From Planctomycetaceae bacterium (GTDB taxonomy: Bacteria; Planctomycetota; Planctomycetia; Planctomycetales; Planctomycetaceae), in contig JAWKTV010000001.1 in assembly GCA_041398905.1 (NCBI GenBank), forward strand, positions 582,621 through 646,620: a stretch of DNA of 64,000 nucleotides, in the 5' to 3' direction. The notes below the pieces were generated by a model that saw only the letters and a program-made list of their open reading frames with translations, had not been told where the DNA came from and did not search any database. The position numbers were made by a program, and so were the translations under genes. Below are positions 38,551-48,893 of the stretch, piece by piece; positions within the stretch are counted from its first letter, which is position 1, and every line of letters starts with the position of its first letter.

Positions 38551-39453
38551 CTATTCTTCGACATTGAAGTTGCCTGCCTTCGCGTCGGCCTTTGACTTCG
38601 CTTCCTGAGCTTCAGACACCGCGGGATTCGGCGTCGCATCGGCCTCCGCCATGCCGCGAATCCACTTCACCGCATTCGTGATCGACGCCAGATAGGCCTC
38701 GTTCGTCCACGACGCGTCGTTGTGTCCCAGATTGTTGAAGTACACCGTCCCCTCGCCCCAGGTGCGAATCCAGCAGACGGGAACATGGTAGCCATGCTTC
38801 GCATTCACCTTACCGCCCGTCGGACTCCTGGAGTAGTCGAGACTCAGCAGTACCCGCACGGTTTCCGGATTGTGATTGCGGTACATGTAGATCTCGTCCT
38901 TGATGACGAACTCGGCGCCGAACGGCTGTACCAGGACATTGTCAGGCTCGTGATTCGTCAGCGTGACCGTCGATCCGGCACCCCACGGATGCCCGATGAA
39001 CGTGCCGTTGATCATCGTGTAGTAAGGCTCGTAATTGTGGAAGGTGTCGGCCGCGGAATGGAATCCCAGCACACCATGCCCGGCTTCCTTCAGCCACTCG
39101 TTGAAGAAGTAGTCGCGATCCTCCTGAGCGATCGGCAGATCACCCGTCGTATAGAACGCCACGATGTCGTAGTGCTGCAGGTTCGCCTTGGTGAAGTCGC
39201 TCGCCACATCCTGGGTGCAGTCGACGTCGAACAACCCGGTCTGCTGACCGAGCTGCGTCAGCGCGATCTCGGCCGGGGCCAGCGCGTTCGCCGGGCGGGT
39301 GACTGAACCGTGCCGGAATCCCTGGCTCTGTGTCACAAACAGAATCCGCGTCGGCTTCGTCGCCTCCGCGGGCGTGTCGACCGCTGCTGCGATCCCCCCC
39401 CGCAGACCCGCCACCATACACACCAATCCCACCAGCCATGAACGACGAAGCAT
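38551..39453 (-). CDS. ThuA domain-containing protein (secreted)
   Basis: GGAGA lies 8 nt before the ATG at 39453. The leader is MLRRSWLVGLVCMVAGLRGGIAAA. ILFVTQSQGFRHGS..., YDIVAFYTTGDL, GVLGFHSAADTF and GHPWG follow the ThuA pattern. Confidence 0.85.
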   Translation of the reverse strand: MLRRSWLVGLVCMVAGLRGGIAAAVDTPAEATKPTRILFVTQSQGFRHGSVTRPANALAPAEIALTQLGQQTGLFDVDCTQDVASDFTKANLQHYDIVAFYTTGDLPIAQEDRDYFFNEWLKEAGHGVLGFHSAADTFHNYEPYYTMINGTFIGHPWGAGSTVTLTNHEPDNVLVQPFGAEFVIKDEIYMYRNHNPETVRVLLSLDYSRSPTGGKVNAKHGYHVPVCWIRTWGEGTVYFNNLGHNDASWTNEAYLASITNAVKWIRGMAEADATPNPAVSEAQEAKSKADAKAGNFNVEE

Positions 39454-39696
39454 CTGCCAGTTCTCCGCAGAGGAAGCGATTCGTTGAGACTCCGCGAGCA
39501 CCGGACTCGCATCACTTCACCATGATACGACCCGCCGCGCACCGCAGCAAACACACGGCTGCTCACAGGCATGTCGCAGTGTGTGCTCAGGTTTCGCCGG
39601 CGCGAATGTCGTGTCCATTCGCTACCCTACTCGAAACGCCGCCCCCCGCCGAATGGGCGGGGAGATGTCCCATCACGAGTTCGCCAGCTTCCCGCC

Positions 39697-41148
39697 ATGT
39701 CGCACTACGTTGAACCACTACTGACGAAGACGAAGATCGTCGCCACCGTCGGGCCCGCCAGCCGATCACCGGAGAAGCTGGCGGAACTGGTCAGCGCCGG
39801 GGTGGATGTCTTTCGGCTGAACTTCGCGCACGGCTCGCTCGATGAGAAGGCTGAGATTGTCGCGGCGATCCGCGAGATCTCCGCTCGAACCGGTAAGCCG
39901 ATCGGCATCCTTGGCGACCTGTCGGGGCCTAAGATTCGATTGGGACAACTCCCGAGCGCCGGGCTGACGCTGCTCCGCGGTCAGCAGTGGGATTTCGTCG
40001 ACGGGCCGACGAACCCGGACGCCCGCGAGTTGAGCACATCCTACGATGGTCTGGTCGAAGACCTGCGGGTCGGCGACCGAATTCGACTCGCCGACGGCGC
40101 AGTGTCGCTGGTTGTCACGGAGAAGTCTCCCGGCCGGGCCACCTGCGAAGTCGAACAGCCGGGTGTGATTCGTGGTCATCAGGGGGTGAATCTGCCGGGC
40201 AGCCGACTGCGCATCGCCAGCCTGACCGACAAGGACCTGATCGACCTCGACTGGGCGATCCGGCATCAACTGGATTTCGTTGGCTTGAGCTTCGTCCGGG
40301 CGGCGGAGGACATCCGCGGTTTGAGGGAACGCATCACGCAATCGGGAACCGCTTCGCCCCCGTCCATCATCGCCAAGATCGAGAAGCCTGAAGCGATCGA
40401 CGACCTCGACCAGATTCTAACCGAGACGGACGGCGTGATGGTCGCCCGCGGAGACCTGGGTGTGGAGGTGGACATTGTGCGTGTGCCCGGACTGCAGAAG
40501 CGGATCATCGCTGCTTGCAACCGTCGACGCATTCCGGTCATTACCGCTACGCAGATGCTGGAAAGCATGATCCAGAACGAACTGCCGACGCGGGCCGAGG
40601 TGACCGATGTCGCCAACGCGGTCCTCGACGGGACTGATGCTGTCATGCTCTCTGGTGAGACGGCCGTTGGCCGGCACCCGGCGCTGGTCGTTGAAACGAT
40701 GAGCCGCATCGCTCGAGAAGCGGAGTTGCTGCTGGAATCACGGAAAGACCTCCCGCTTGGTCTCTCCTCACGCACCCCGACGACGGACATGACCGTCGCG
40801 GTGACGCTGGGGGCGGTGCATGCGGCGGAACGTCTGCAGGCTAAACTGCTGGTGCTGCTCACCCGCAGCGGCGCCACGGCCGCGGCGGTGTCCGAACTTC
40901 GGAGCCGTATCCCGGTCCTTGCACTGACAGACTGCCCGAGAGTCGCGCGGACACTGACGCTTCGCTGGGGCGTACAGACGATCATCACCGACCGCTGTGC
41001 CGACTCCCCGCATCAGATTGCCGGATTCGTCGAAGAATGGGGCCGCGAGCGGGGGCTGCTCGCATCCGGAGACTACTTGCTCGTGGTCGGCGCGACCAAC
41101 TGGACCTCACCAGGCAAGGACCTGCTGCACGTCGCGATCGTCAAGTGA
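39697..41148 (+). CDS. pyk: pyruvate kinase
   Basis: TKIVATVGPAS..., VFRLNFAHG, GDLSGPKIRLG, MVARGDLGVE and TQMLESM..N..PTRAEV.DVANAV.DG.DAVMLSGETA are all present. The product is 483 aa from the ATG at 39697. Confidence 0.93.
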   Translation: MSHYVEPLLTKTKIVATVGPASRSPEKLAELVSAGVDVFRLNFAHGSLDEKAEIVAAIREISARTGKPIGILGDLSGPKIRLGQLPSAGLTLLRGQQWDFVDGPTNPDARELSTSYDGLVEDLRVGDRIRLADGAVSLVVTEKSPGRATCEVEQPGVIRGHQGVNLPGSRLRIASLTDKDLIDLDWAIRHQLDFVGLSFVRAAEDIRGLRERITQSGTASPPSIIAKIEKPEAIDDLDQILTETDGVMVARGDLGVEVDIVRVPGLQKRIIAACNRRRIPVITATQMLESMIQNELPTRAEVTDVANAVLDGTDAVMLSGETAVGRHPALVVETMSRIAREAELLLESRKDLPLGLSSRTPTTDMTVAVTLGAVHAAERLQAKLLVLLTRSGATAAAVSELRSRIPVLALTDCPRVARTLTLRWGVQTIITDRCADSPHQIAGFVEEWGRERGLLASGDYLLVVGATNWTSPGKDLLHVAIVK

Positions 41149-41315
41149 TTCACGACCGCCGGGAACTGCACGTCGGGGTGCGTCCTGCCACTCCGTCCCA
41201 GAACATCCGGTGCATCGGGCAGATCTCCCGACCCGAGTGACCACACGCGTTCGGAACGGAATTCGGAAACGTTCGGCGCGCGGCTGTGGATCGCCAGTCG
41301 GACATCATGATCGGG

Positions 41316-42926
41316 TCAGGCGGCGGGTGGCGTGCCCTTGTCGCCGGACTGTTCCCGCTGCATGGCCCACTTCAGCAATGGGGGCGTCACCATTGTGGTC
41401 AGCATCACCATCACCACAATCGCCGAGTAGGTCTGCGGGCTGATGACGGGTTCACCCGTATGCGTTCGCAGGTCTTTGCCGATCTTCGCGAAGATCAGGC
41501 CGACTTCGCCGCGCGGGATCATTCCCAAACCAACCGCGAGCTTGTTCAGACCAGGCTCGAGGACTCCCAGCGAGCAGATCTGTTTGCCGATGATGGCGAC
41601 GATCGACAAGGCGGCGGCAAGGCCCCAGACCGCAGGGTCGCGAAAACTTCGCAGGTCCACGTCGATCCCCATCTCGACGAAGAAGATTGGCACCAGCAAC
41701 GCCGTCAGCGGTGCGAGGGCTTCCTCCAGTTCGACGTTTTCCTTCTCGCCCAGCTCTCGATAGTGCGCCCGCTCAAGGATCAGCCCGGCGGCGAAAGCGC
41801 CGACGATCGGAGCCAGCTCAATCTGGTTGGACAGCCACGCGAACCCGAAGCAGATGACGAGGCTGGCGGCCACTAGCAGTCCGTGCCCGCGCAGGTAGCT
41901 CGCCAGCTTGAACAGCGGTCGTGCGAACACCCGGGTGCCCAGGAAGATGGCGATCGCCAGGAATCCCAGCGACTTCGCCAGGATCTCCATCAGGCTGCCG
42001 ACTTCGATGCTGCCCTTTTGAATCACCCCTTGAACGACGGCGAGTACGATCAGACCGAGTACGTCATCGATGACGGCCGCCCCCAGGATGATTTGCGATT
42101 CGCGCTGCTGACTGCGGCCCAGGTCTTTGAGTACCCGCGCGGTGATGCCGACGCTGGTGGCGCACAGTGTCGCCCCCAGAAACGCGTGCACCTCCCAGCC
42201 AGCCTCAGGAATGATGAAGTGCCCGCACAGGTAGCCCAGCACCGCGGGAGCGATGACCCCCAGAATCGCCACGAGCAGCGAGGACGCGCCGACTGATACC
42301 ATGTCGCGAACACTCGATTCGAGGCCGACCTCGAACAGCAGCAGGATCACGCCGATTCCCGCGAGCATCTTGAGCACGGCACCGGCGCTGTAGGGGTTGC
42401 CAAGCGCGGTTTCCGGGGGAGCCTTCAGGAACTCCAGATGACCCGACAGCGAATGCAGTGCTTCCAGGCCAGGAATACCGACGGCCCATTCAGTGAGAAA
42501 CAACGCGTTCCCCAGCAACACACCGACGATCAACTCACCGAGCACGGCGGGCATGCCAAACCGTTCGAAGACGTCGCCCCCGATCTTCGCGAGCAGCAGG
42601 ATGATGACGATTCCCGCCAGCACCGGCGCGACCGGGTCGGAGTGTCCCCCGCTGCCATGCCCCCCGCCGCCATGGTCGCCTTCGACAGGGTGATCGGTCG
42701 CAGAATCGGGGTGTCCCGTCTCAGAGTCCCGCGGCGCTGCGGCAGACGCAGTCCCATCGTCGGCCTCCAGCGTCGCGGATGACGGTGGCGCGGCGGTTGT
42801 CGCCGCATCGTCGCCGATACTGAACTGGCTGCCTGTCCCGGTCAAACCGGCGATAATGATCCACAGCCAGATCCAGCGGCGGACGGAGAGCGAGCGTCGG
42901 GGAGTGTTCAGGACTGTTCTTGGCAC
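41316..42926 (-). CDS. cation:proton antiporter (CPA family) with His/Gly-rich exported N-terminal extension
   Basis: GTG start. A TM/signal is followed by about 90 aa including HPDSATDHPVEGDHGGGGHGSGGHSDP. Twelve or so TM helices typical of Na+/H+ exchangers follow (LLLAKIGGDVFERFGMPAVLGELIVGVLLG...). Confidence 0.86.
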   Translation of the reverse strand: MPRTVLNTPRRSLSVRRWIWLWIIIAGLTGTGSQFSIGDDAATTAAPPSSATLEADDGTASAAAPRDSETGHPDSATDHPVEGDHGGGGHGSGGHSDPVAPVLAGIVIILLLAKIGGDVFERFGMPAVLGELIVGVLLGNALFLTEWAVGIPGLEALHSLSGHLEFLKAPPETALGNPYSAGAVLKMLAGIGVILLLFEVGLESSVRDMVSVGASSLLVAILGVIAPAVLGYLCGHFIIPEAGWEVHAFLGATLCATSVGITARVLKDLGRSQQRESQIILGAAVIDDVLGLIVLAVVQGVIQKGSIEVGSLMEILAKSLGFLAIAIFLGTRVFARPLFKLASYLRGHGLLVAASLVICFGFAWLSNQIELAPIVGAFAAGLILERAHYRELGEKENVELEEALAPLTALLVPIFFVEMGIDVDLRSFRDPAVWGLAAALSIVAIIGKQICSLGVLEPGLNKLAVGLGMIPRGEVGLIFAKIGKDLRTHTGEPVISPQTYSAIVVMVMLTTMVTPPLLKWAMQREQSGDKGTPPAA

Positions 42927-43325
42927 GGCTGTCCGCTTGTCGTCTTAAGTTGCCGGATTGGAAAACAGGCGGCGATCTGGTTGTGCGGCCCTGCGAATCA
43001 CCCGCGCACCGCGAAGAACCGCTGGTGGCGATTGCGAGCCCAACATAACACACGCCACCAGGCCATCGGGGGCCTGCATTGCGCGGATCATCGTTATCGC
43101 CCCACCTGTCGCTCGATCGGCAGGAGCTGACCGAGCAACGAGGCAAGCGCCAGAACGCATTGCCTCCCAAGGGAATTCGCGGATACTATCCAAGCAGTCT
43201 TCGAGTTGCGACATCGATTGTTGCTGCAATATCGGTGACTCTCGATGAGTTGGTGGCGTTTGCTGTGCAGTTTGAGGGCCATAGCGGTCGCGCCGCGTCG
43301 GGTTTCCGCAGCCGTGAAGGGAATC

Positions 43326-46300
43326 ATGCTGATGACTGGATGCAAAGGAGCGTGGGCAACCTTCGTGGTCGCCGCTGGCTTGTCATGTTGTCTCGGCAGG
43401 ATGGGCGTCGCCGACGAAGTCACCTCCGTGGGGCTGAGGCATTCCGATCAATTTCGGGTCGAGCTGCATGCGGATGACGATCTCGCACACGACATCTACT
43501 GCATGACAATTGACGCCAGGGGCCGGGTCGTGGTGTCCGGGCCCGGCTACATCCGCATCCTGGTCGACTCGAATCAGGATGGCGTTGCCGACGAGGCCCG
43601 TGAGTTCGCGCGCCCAAATGGGGGCGTGCAGGGGATGTACTTTTTCGGGAACGATCTGATCTGCATGGGGGACGAAGGTCTCGTCCGCTACCGCGATCAC
43701 AACGGCGATGACCGCGCGGACGGCCCGCCGGAAACGTTCGTTCGACTCAAGACCGGCGGCGAGCATGACGCCCACGCCATTCATCGCGGGCCCGACGGCT
43801 GGTGGTATGTCATCGCGGGGAACAACTCGGGCATCAACGAGAAGTACATCTCGACCGAGTCCTCGCCCGTCCGCAGTCCCCGGGCCGGAGTCGTCATGCG
43901 GTTCTCGCCCGATCTCACCCAAGGTGAGGTCGTGGCCGAAGGCTTCCGGAATGCCTACGACTTCACATTCGATACCCTCGGTGAGATTCACACCTGCGAC
44001 AGCGACGGCGAGCGGGATGTTTCCCTGCCTTGGTATCGGCCTGCCCGGATGTTTCAGGTGCTCCCCGCCGGCGACGCCGGGTGGGTCAGCGAGAGCTGGA
44101 AGCGGCCCGACGAATCGCTCGACATGCTCCCGGCGGTCACCAGACTCGGACGTGGTTCACCGACCGGCATCGTCTGCTATCGGCATCCACACTTTCCGCC
44201 GGAATGGCAGTCAGCGATGTTCGTCGCCGACTGGACCTACGGACGTGTCGTCGCCATCCGGCCGAAGCGAGAGGGGGGCCGTTTGCGGGGCGAGGCGGTC
44301 GATCTCCTGAAGGCGGACGGCACTCACGGGTTCGCGCCGACCGCAATGGCGGTCGGCCCCGATGGCGCGTTGTACATCAGTGTTGGCGGTCGTGGCACAC
44401 GGGGGTGCGTCTACCGCGTCAGTTGCAAATCGCGGCCCGCGGTCAACTTCCTCATGCATCCCGTGCCCGATGATCCCGAGGTCCAGCTCGATCTTTGCCT
44501 GAACGCGCCCGATCCGCTAAGTAGCTGGTCGCGAAAAGTGTGGGAGCCGCTGGCTTTGAAGCTGGGGAGCGATCCGTTCATCCGAGCCGCGGAGGCCGAC
44601 GGCCGGTCGCCGGGGCAACGGCGGCGGGCGATCGAGATCCTGACCGAGAAGTTTCACGGCATCGACGGCGACCTCGCCGCGAAACTGCTGCGGGCGAAAG
44701 ACAGCACCGTGCGTGCCCGCGCCGCTTGGGCGCTGGGTCGGGCGGAGCCGCTGCACCCCAAAACGGACCTGCTCGCAGTCGCGCTCGCGGACAGCGATCC
44801 CTGGGTTGTGCGGGCCGCACTGGAGCCGTTGCTCGGCTGCAGCGTCGATTCGCATGGTGAGCTGCAGGAGCCGCTGGCGAACGCTCTCGCGTCCGCCGAT
44901 CCCACTGTGAGGCAGCTCGCCATTCGCGTCCTGGAACGCACCGAGGAGGAGACCTTTCACGCAATCGCCGCGAAGGCGGCGACGCATGGCTGGCAGGCCG
45001 GCTGCTCGCTGGCCGCCGCGTATGCTCTCCGCCACGACGGCATCGACCCGTACACACTCGACATCGGACTTCGCATTCTGGGTCAGCAGCAACAGCCCCT
45101 GGAACTCCGCCGTGAGGCGGCGCGCATTCTGCAGCTTGGTCTGGGAGACGTCGGCCGACCCGAGACGGGGAACCCCAGCGACCACGACCCGGTCTTCGAC
45201 GGCTACGCTTCGACGCTCGCTTTCGGCGACGACGACGGACCGTGGTTGGTCCGCATCGAGCAGGCGATCACCTCGACCTTCCCGACTGGTGACTCGCAAC
45301 TGGACGACGAGCTGACCCGGCTCGCCGCGATGGTGCGTTCCGCATCGCCGGAGCTGACGACCAAGTTGCTCTCGCTGATCACCGAAACGTCGGACCCGGT
45401 AAGGGATCTGCACCAGTTGGTCGCTGTCGCCCGGTGCCGCGGAATTGAGGAAAGTCATCGTGAGCCAATCACGACGGCGCTGCTGAACCTGCAGCCGAAG
45501 ATCGACGGCCTCGCCTACGTGCAGGACACCCACTGGGAGGACCGTCTGCTGGAGGCGTTCGCCGGGCTGGCGACAACCGACCCCGACCTGCCAGCCGCGA
45601 TGCTCGCTCACCCAAGTTTCGGGGCCGCCGAGCATACGCGGTTTCTCCAGCAGTTTCCCGAAGACCTGCTGCCTCAGGCGCTGGAGGCCTTCAGTCAGAA
45701 GCTGCTGCAGGATCCCGACAGCTTTCGCTGGAACAGCGACGCGATTTATTTGCTTTCGAACTCGCAGGATCCCCGGGTGCAGAACCTGATTCGCGATCAG
45801 TTCGACGACTTCGGTCTGCGCGGGGCGATCCTCACCGCACTGGCGGACGAACCACGCCGACAGGACCGCTCGTACTTCATCGCGGGCCTTGACTCTCCTC
45901 AACATGATGTCCTCAGCTCGTGCCTGACATCTCTGGTGCTGCTGGAGCCGAGCCTCGCGGCGGAAGAGAATGTCGCACTGCTCAGGCTGGCGCGACGGCT
46001 GCAGCCAACCGAAGACGAGCGGTTGCTGCGGGATCAGGCCGTTGAAACGCTGGCCCGCAATACGCGGCATGCAAGTCAGTATCAGCTCGGACGCGATGGC
46101 GACCCGCAGGTGTCCGCCATCGCCGAGTGGACCGCCTACATCGAGCAGACCTACCCCGAGGAGTACGCCCGGCAGACGGGGATCGATCAGGCCGAAGTCG
46201 ACCGGCTCGAATCGCTGCTGGCGAACGTCGACTGGCATGCCGGCGATACCGGCCGTGGCCGGGAGTTGTTCCAGAAGCGAGCTTGCATCCAATGCCACGG

Positions 46301-46694
46301 GTCGAGCCGCGCGATCGGTCCCGACCTGACGGGGGTCACCGGCAGGTTCTCCAAAACGGACCTGTTCACGGCGATCGCCCTACCCAGCCGGGATGTGCCC
46401 GCCCGCTACCAGGCGACGCTGGTCGTCACTGAAGAAGGCCAGACCCTGCAGGGGATGGTCGTTTACGAGTCGGTCGACGGCATCGTGCTGCGGGACACCA
46501 ACAACCACACGCTGCGGATCGAGGCCGACCAGATCGCCACTCGGCGACAGATGACGACCTCCATCATGCCGACGGGACTGCTCAAAGACCTCGGTCCAGC
46601 CGACCTCGCCGACCTGTACGCGTACCTCGCGTCGCTGTCACGAGAACGACAAGGTGCGACGGCTCAGTCGGGCACTGACGGTACGAGAGAGTAG
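43326..46694 (+). CDS. PVC-type heme-binding CxxCH protein (membrane-bound dehydrogenase-like propeller + HEAT repeats + C-terminal cytochrome c)
   Basis: A signal/TM segment comes first. The N-terminal region RVELHADDDLAHDIYCMTIDARGRVVVSGPGY...DSNQDGVAD...GDDRADG follows. The central part is a long alpha-helical repeat. The C-terminus GRELFQKRACIQCHGSSRAIGPDLTGV...IMPTGL carries CxxCH. Confidence 0.85.
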   Translation: MLMTGCKGAWATFVVAAGLSCCLGRMGVADEVTSVGLRHSDQFRVELHADDDLAHDIYCMTIDARGRVVVSGPGYIRILVDSNQDGVADEAREFARPNGGVQGMYFFGNDLICMGDEGLVRYRDHNGDDRADGPPETFVRLKTGGEHDAHAIHRGPDGWWYVIAGNNSGINEKYISTESSPVRSPRAGVVMRFSPDLTQGEVVAEGFRNAYDFTFDTLGEIHTCDSDGERDVSLPWYRPARMFQVLPAGDAGWVSESWKRPDESLDMLPAVTRLGRGSPTGIVCYRHPHFPPEWQSAMFVADWTYGRVVAIRPKREGGRLRGEAVDLLKADGTHGFAPTAMAVGPDGALYISVGGRGTRGCVYRVSCKSRPAVNFLMHPVPDDPEVQLDLCLNAPDPLSSWSRKVWEPLALKLGSDPFIRAAEADGRSPGQRRRAIEILTEKFHGIDGDLAAKLLRAKDSTVRARAAWALGRAEPLHPKTDLLAVALADSDPWVVRAALEPLLGCSVDSHGELQEPLANALASADPTVRQLAIRVLERTEEETFHAIAAKAATHGWQAGCSLAAAYALRHDGIDPYTLDIGLRILGQQQQPLELRREAARILQLGLGDVGRPETGNPSDHDPVFDGYASTLAFGDDDGPWLVRIEQAITSTFPTGDSQLDDELTRLAAMVRSASPELTTKLLSLITETSDPVRDLHQLVAVARCRGIEESHREPITTALLNLQPKIDGLAYVQDTHWEDRLLEAFAGLATTDPDLPAAMLAHPSFGAAEHTRFLQQFPEDLLPQALEAFSQKLLQDPDSFRWNSDAIYLLSNSQDPRVQNLIRDQFDDFGLRGAILTALADEPRRQDRSYFIAGLDSPQHDVLSSCLTSLVLLEPSLAAEENVALLRLARRLQPTEDERLLRDQAVETLARNTRHASQYQLGRDGDPQVSAIAEWTAYIEQTYPEEYARQTGIDQAEVDRLESLLANVDWHAGDTGRGRELFQKRACIQCHGSSRAIGPDLTGVTGRFSKTDLFTAIALPSRDVPARYQATLVVTEEGQTLQGMVVYESVDGIVLRDTNNHTLRIEADQIATRRQMTTSIMPTGLLKDLGPADLADLYAYLASLSRERQGATAQSGTDGTRE

Positions 46695-47007
46695 CACCGA
46701 CGACAACCAGGCAGCGGAATCGCCTGATCGTCACATGATGCGGGCATTGACGCGTCCACCCGGTCCAACTGAGTCTGTCCGCAGCCGGGGCCGGTCAACC
46801 GGGCCGAGCATCGAGGTCCGTTCCGCCTCGTCATCGCCGGGACGGTCTGCCGATGTTGCAGGGTCGTTGAAATCAACCGCCTGCAACGTATCATGTGGGG
46901 CGGAGAGTCCTGCCGTGAGTGGACCGGGCGGATCGGCGATCGATTCGCGACGGTCCGCCGGCGCCGCCGTCCTTGTCCTCTGTCCGACGCCAGAAAACAG
47001 AACCGCC

Positions 47008-48105
47008 GTGAGCCAATCAATCGACCAGCGCATCGCCGACGCCCGTGCCAAGCTCGATCAACAGACGGTTGAGATCGTCCAGTTGCACTTCGACCCGGAG
47101 CATGGTGCCCCCTACTGGCTGGATCGCGTCGGCAATCTCGGCTTCAATCCGCTGACCGACATCAAGTGCTTTGATGACCTCAAGCGGTTCCCGCTGTTCG
47201 AGGATGACGATCTGCGCGGTGGACCGGTCACCCGGTTCCTGCCCAAGAAGTGGCACAACGAACCCAAGTACGTGTTCGAGACCGGCGGCACCACCGGAGT
47301 CCCGAAGAGCCGGTGCTGTGTCCGCGATCACTGGATCGACTACGAGATGTTCTCCGACACCTTGCCAGACGACGCGTTCCCGCGCGGCGCGAACTGGCTG
47401 ATGCTCGGACCGTCGGGGCCCCGTCGCTTGCGGCTCGCGGTCGAGCACCTCGCCCATTACCGCGGCGGCATCTGCTTTTGTGTGGACCTCGACCCCCGCT
47501 GGGTCGTGAAGCTGTTGAAGAAGGGAGACGTGCCGGGGGCCAAGGCCTACGCCGAGCACGTGATCGATCAGGCCGTCACCATTCTGGGGGCCAACCACAA
47601 CATCCAGTGCATGTTCGCAACCCCGAAGCTGTTGGAAGCCTTGGCACTGCGGCTGATGGACGATGGTTCCTCGATTGCCGAAGCGGGCATCAAGGGGATT
47701 TTCGCCGGTGGAACCGAGTTCACTCCGCAGTGGTTCCGGTTCTGCAAGGAAGAACTGCTTGGCCCGGAGGTCTACATCACCCCGACCTACGGAAACACCT
47801 TGATGGGCCTCGCCTGCGGCAAGCCGTTCGATCCCGCTGACAATTTCAAGATCACCTACCACGCCCCCCAACCCCGCGCCGCGGTCGAAGTCGTCGACTT
47901 TGGCGACTACAGCAAGCTCGTGGAGTTCGGGCAGACGGGCCGGGTTAAGCTTTACACTCTCACCGAAGAGCTGTTCATCCCCGGCTTCATGGAGCGGGAC
48001 GAAGGTGAACGGGAGCCTCCCTGTGATCCGTATCCCTGGGACGGTGTCAGCGGCACTCGGCCGTTCCACGAACTGGTGAGCTCAACGACGGTCGGCGTGT
48101 ACTAA
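47008..48105 (+). CDS. adenylate-forming enzyme, PaaK / coenzyme-F390-synthetase-like (ANL superfamily, tentative)
   Basis: The GTG at 47008 is chosen because the upstream ORF extension overlaps the previous gene and is not protein-like. The P-loop-like motif FETGGTTGVPK matches the (S/T)GTTG.PK adenylation motif. Later GGTEF and YGNT blocks are present. Confidence 0.65.
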   Translation: MSQSIDQRIADARAKLDQQTVEIVQLHFDPEHGAPYWLDRVGNLGFNPLTDIKCFDDLKRFPLFEDDDLRGGPVTRFLPKKWHNEPKYVFETGGTTGVPKSRCCVRDHWIDYEMFSDTLPDDAFPRGANWLMLGPSGPRRLRLAVEHLAHYRGGICFCVDLDPRWVVKLLKKGDVPGAKAYAEHVIDQAVTILGANHNIQCMFATPKLLEALALRLMDDGSSIAEAGIKGIFAGGTEFTPQWFRFCKEELLGPEVYITPTYGNTLMGLACGKPFDPADNFKITYHAPQPRAAVEVVDFGDYSKLVEFGQTGRVKLYTLTEELFIPGFMERDEGEREPPCDPYPWDGVSGTRPFHELVSSTTVGVY

Positions 48106-48347
48106 ACCATGCCCCGGCTGAATGTTGCGAGCCCTGCCAGCTCTACGGAGTGCGGGGCTGCGCGGGGCGGGTACACGGTTTGCCGATCGCGAAATCGCCG
48201 TGGGACGTCGGTCTGATTCCGTCAAGAAACTTCCGCCGTTGGCGAACATGCCCATGATCCGTGGCCGCCGCGGCGGCCTGTGGCCGGGTTAGCGACATCG
48301 GTTGAAACCCACGCTCGCGGCGGCGGGTAACCTGTGGCGGAGCCAAC

Positions 48348-48893
48348 GTGACTGACTTCTCAGACTCCGAACTGGTCGAGCGTTGCCTGCGGGGCGATGA
48401 CGCCGCACGGGTGCTGCTGGTTCGTCGGTTCGAGAGGCCCGTCTTCGCGACCTGTCTGCGGATGCTCCGGCATCAGCAGGATGCGGAGGACGTCGCGCAG
48501 GAAACCCTGGTGCGGATGTGTCGGCACCTGGCGTCGTGGGATGGTTCACGGCAACTTTTGCCGTGGATTCTGGCGATCGCGGCGAACCGTTGCCGCACCG
48601 CCCTCGCCAAGCGATCTCGCCAACCCGCCATGTCCGATACGCTCCTTGACCCCATTTCGGAGGACAACCCGGCTGGCCGGGAGATTGGTGAAGAACTGGA
48701 ACAGGCCCTCGGCATCCTGCGTGAAGACCAGCGGGCCTGCTTCGCGTTGTTTTACGAGCAGCAACTTTCGGTCAACGAGATCGCGGAAGTGATGCAGGTC
48801 GCGGAGGGCACCGTCAAGACGTGGCTGCACCGTGCCCGTAAACAACTGGCCGACCATTTGCGTCGACGTGGATTTGAGGGAGGAGCCGGATGA
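48348..48893 (+). CDS. ECF-type RNA polymerase sigma factor
   Basis: GTG start. Region 2 is DAEDVAQETLVRM...LLPWILAIAANRCR. Region 4 is CFALFYEQQLSVNEIAEVMQVAEGTVKTWLHRARKQL. Confidence 0.88.
   Translation: MTDFSDSELVERCLRGDDAARVLLVRRFERPVFATCLRMLRHQQDAEDVAQETLVRMCRHLASWDGSRQLLPWILAIAANRCRTALAKRSRQPAMSDTLLDPISEDNPAGREIGEELEQALGILREDQRACFALFYEQQLSVNEIAEVMQVAEGTVKTWLHRARKQLADHLRRRGFEGGAG

Noticed and set aside
46654-47007. 5' extension of the adenylating-enzyme ORF (the track starts it at 46654, overlapping the end of the heme-binding gene).
   Set aside because: The extension translates to S/R/P/A-rich non-protein-like sequence and overlaps the preceding gene by 41 nt. Conserved sequence begins after the GTG at 47008.
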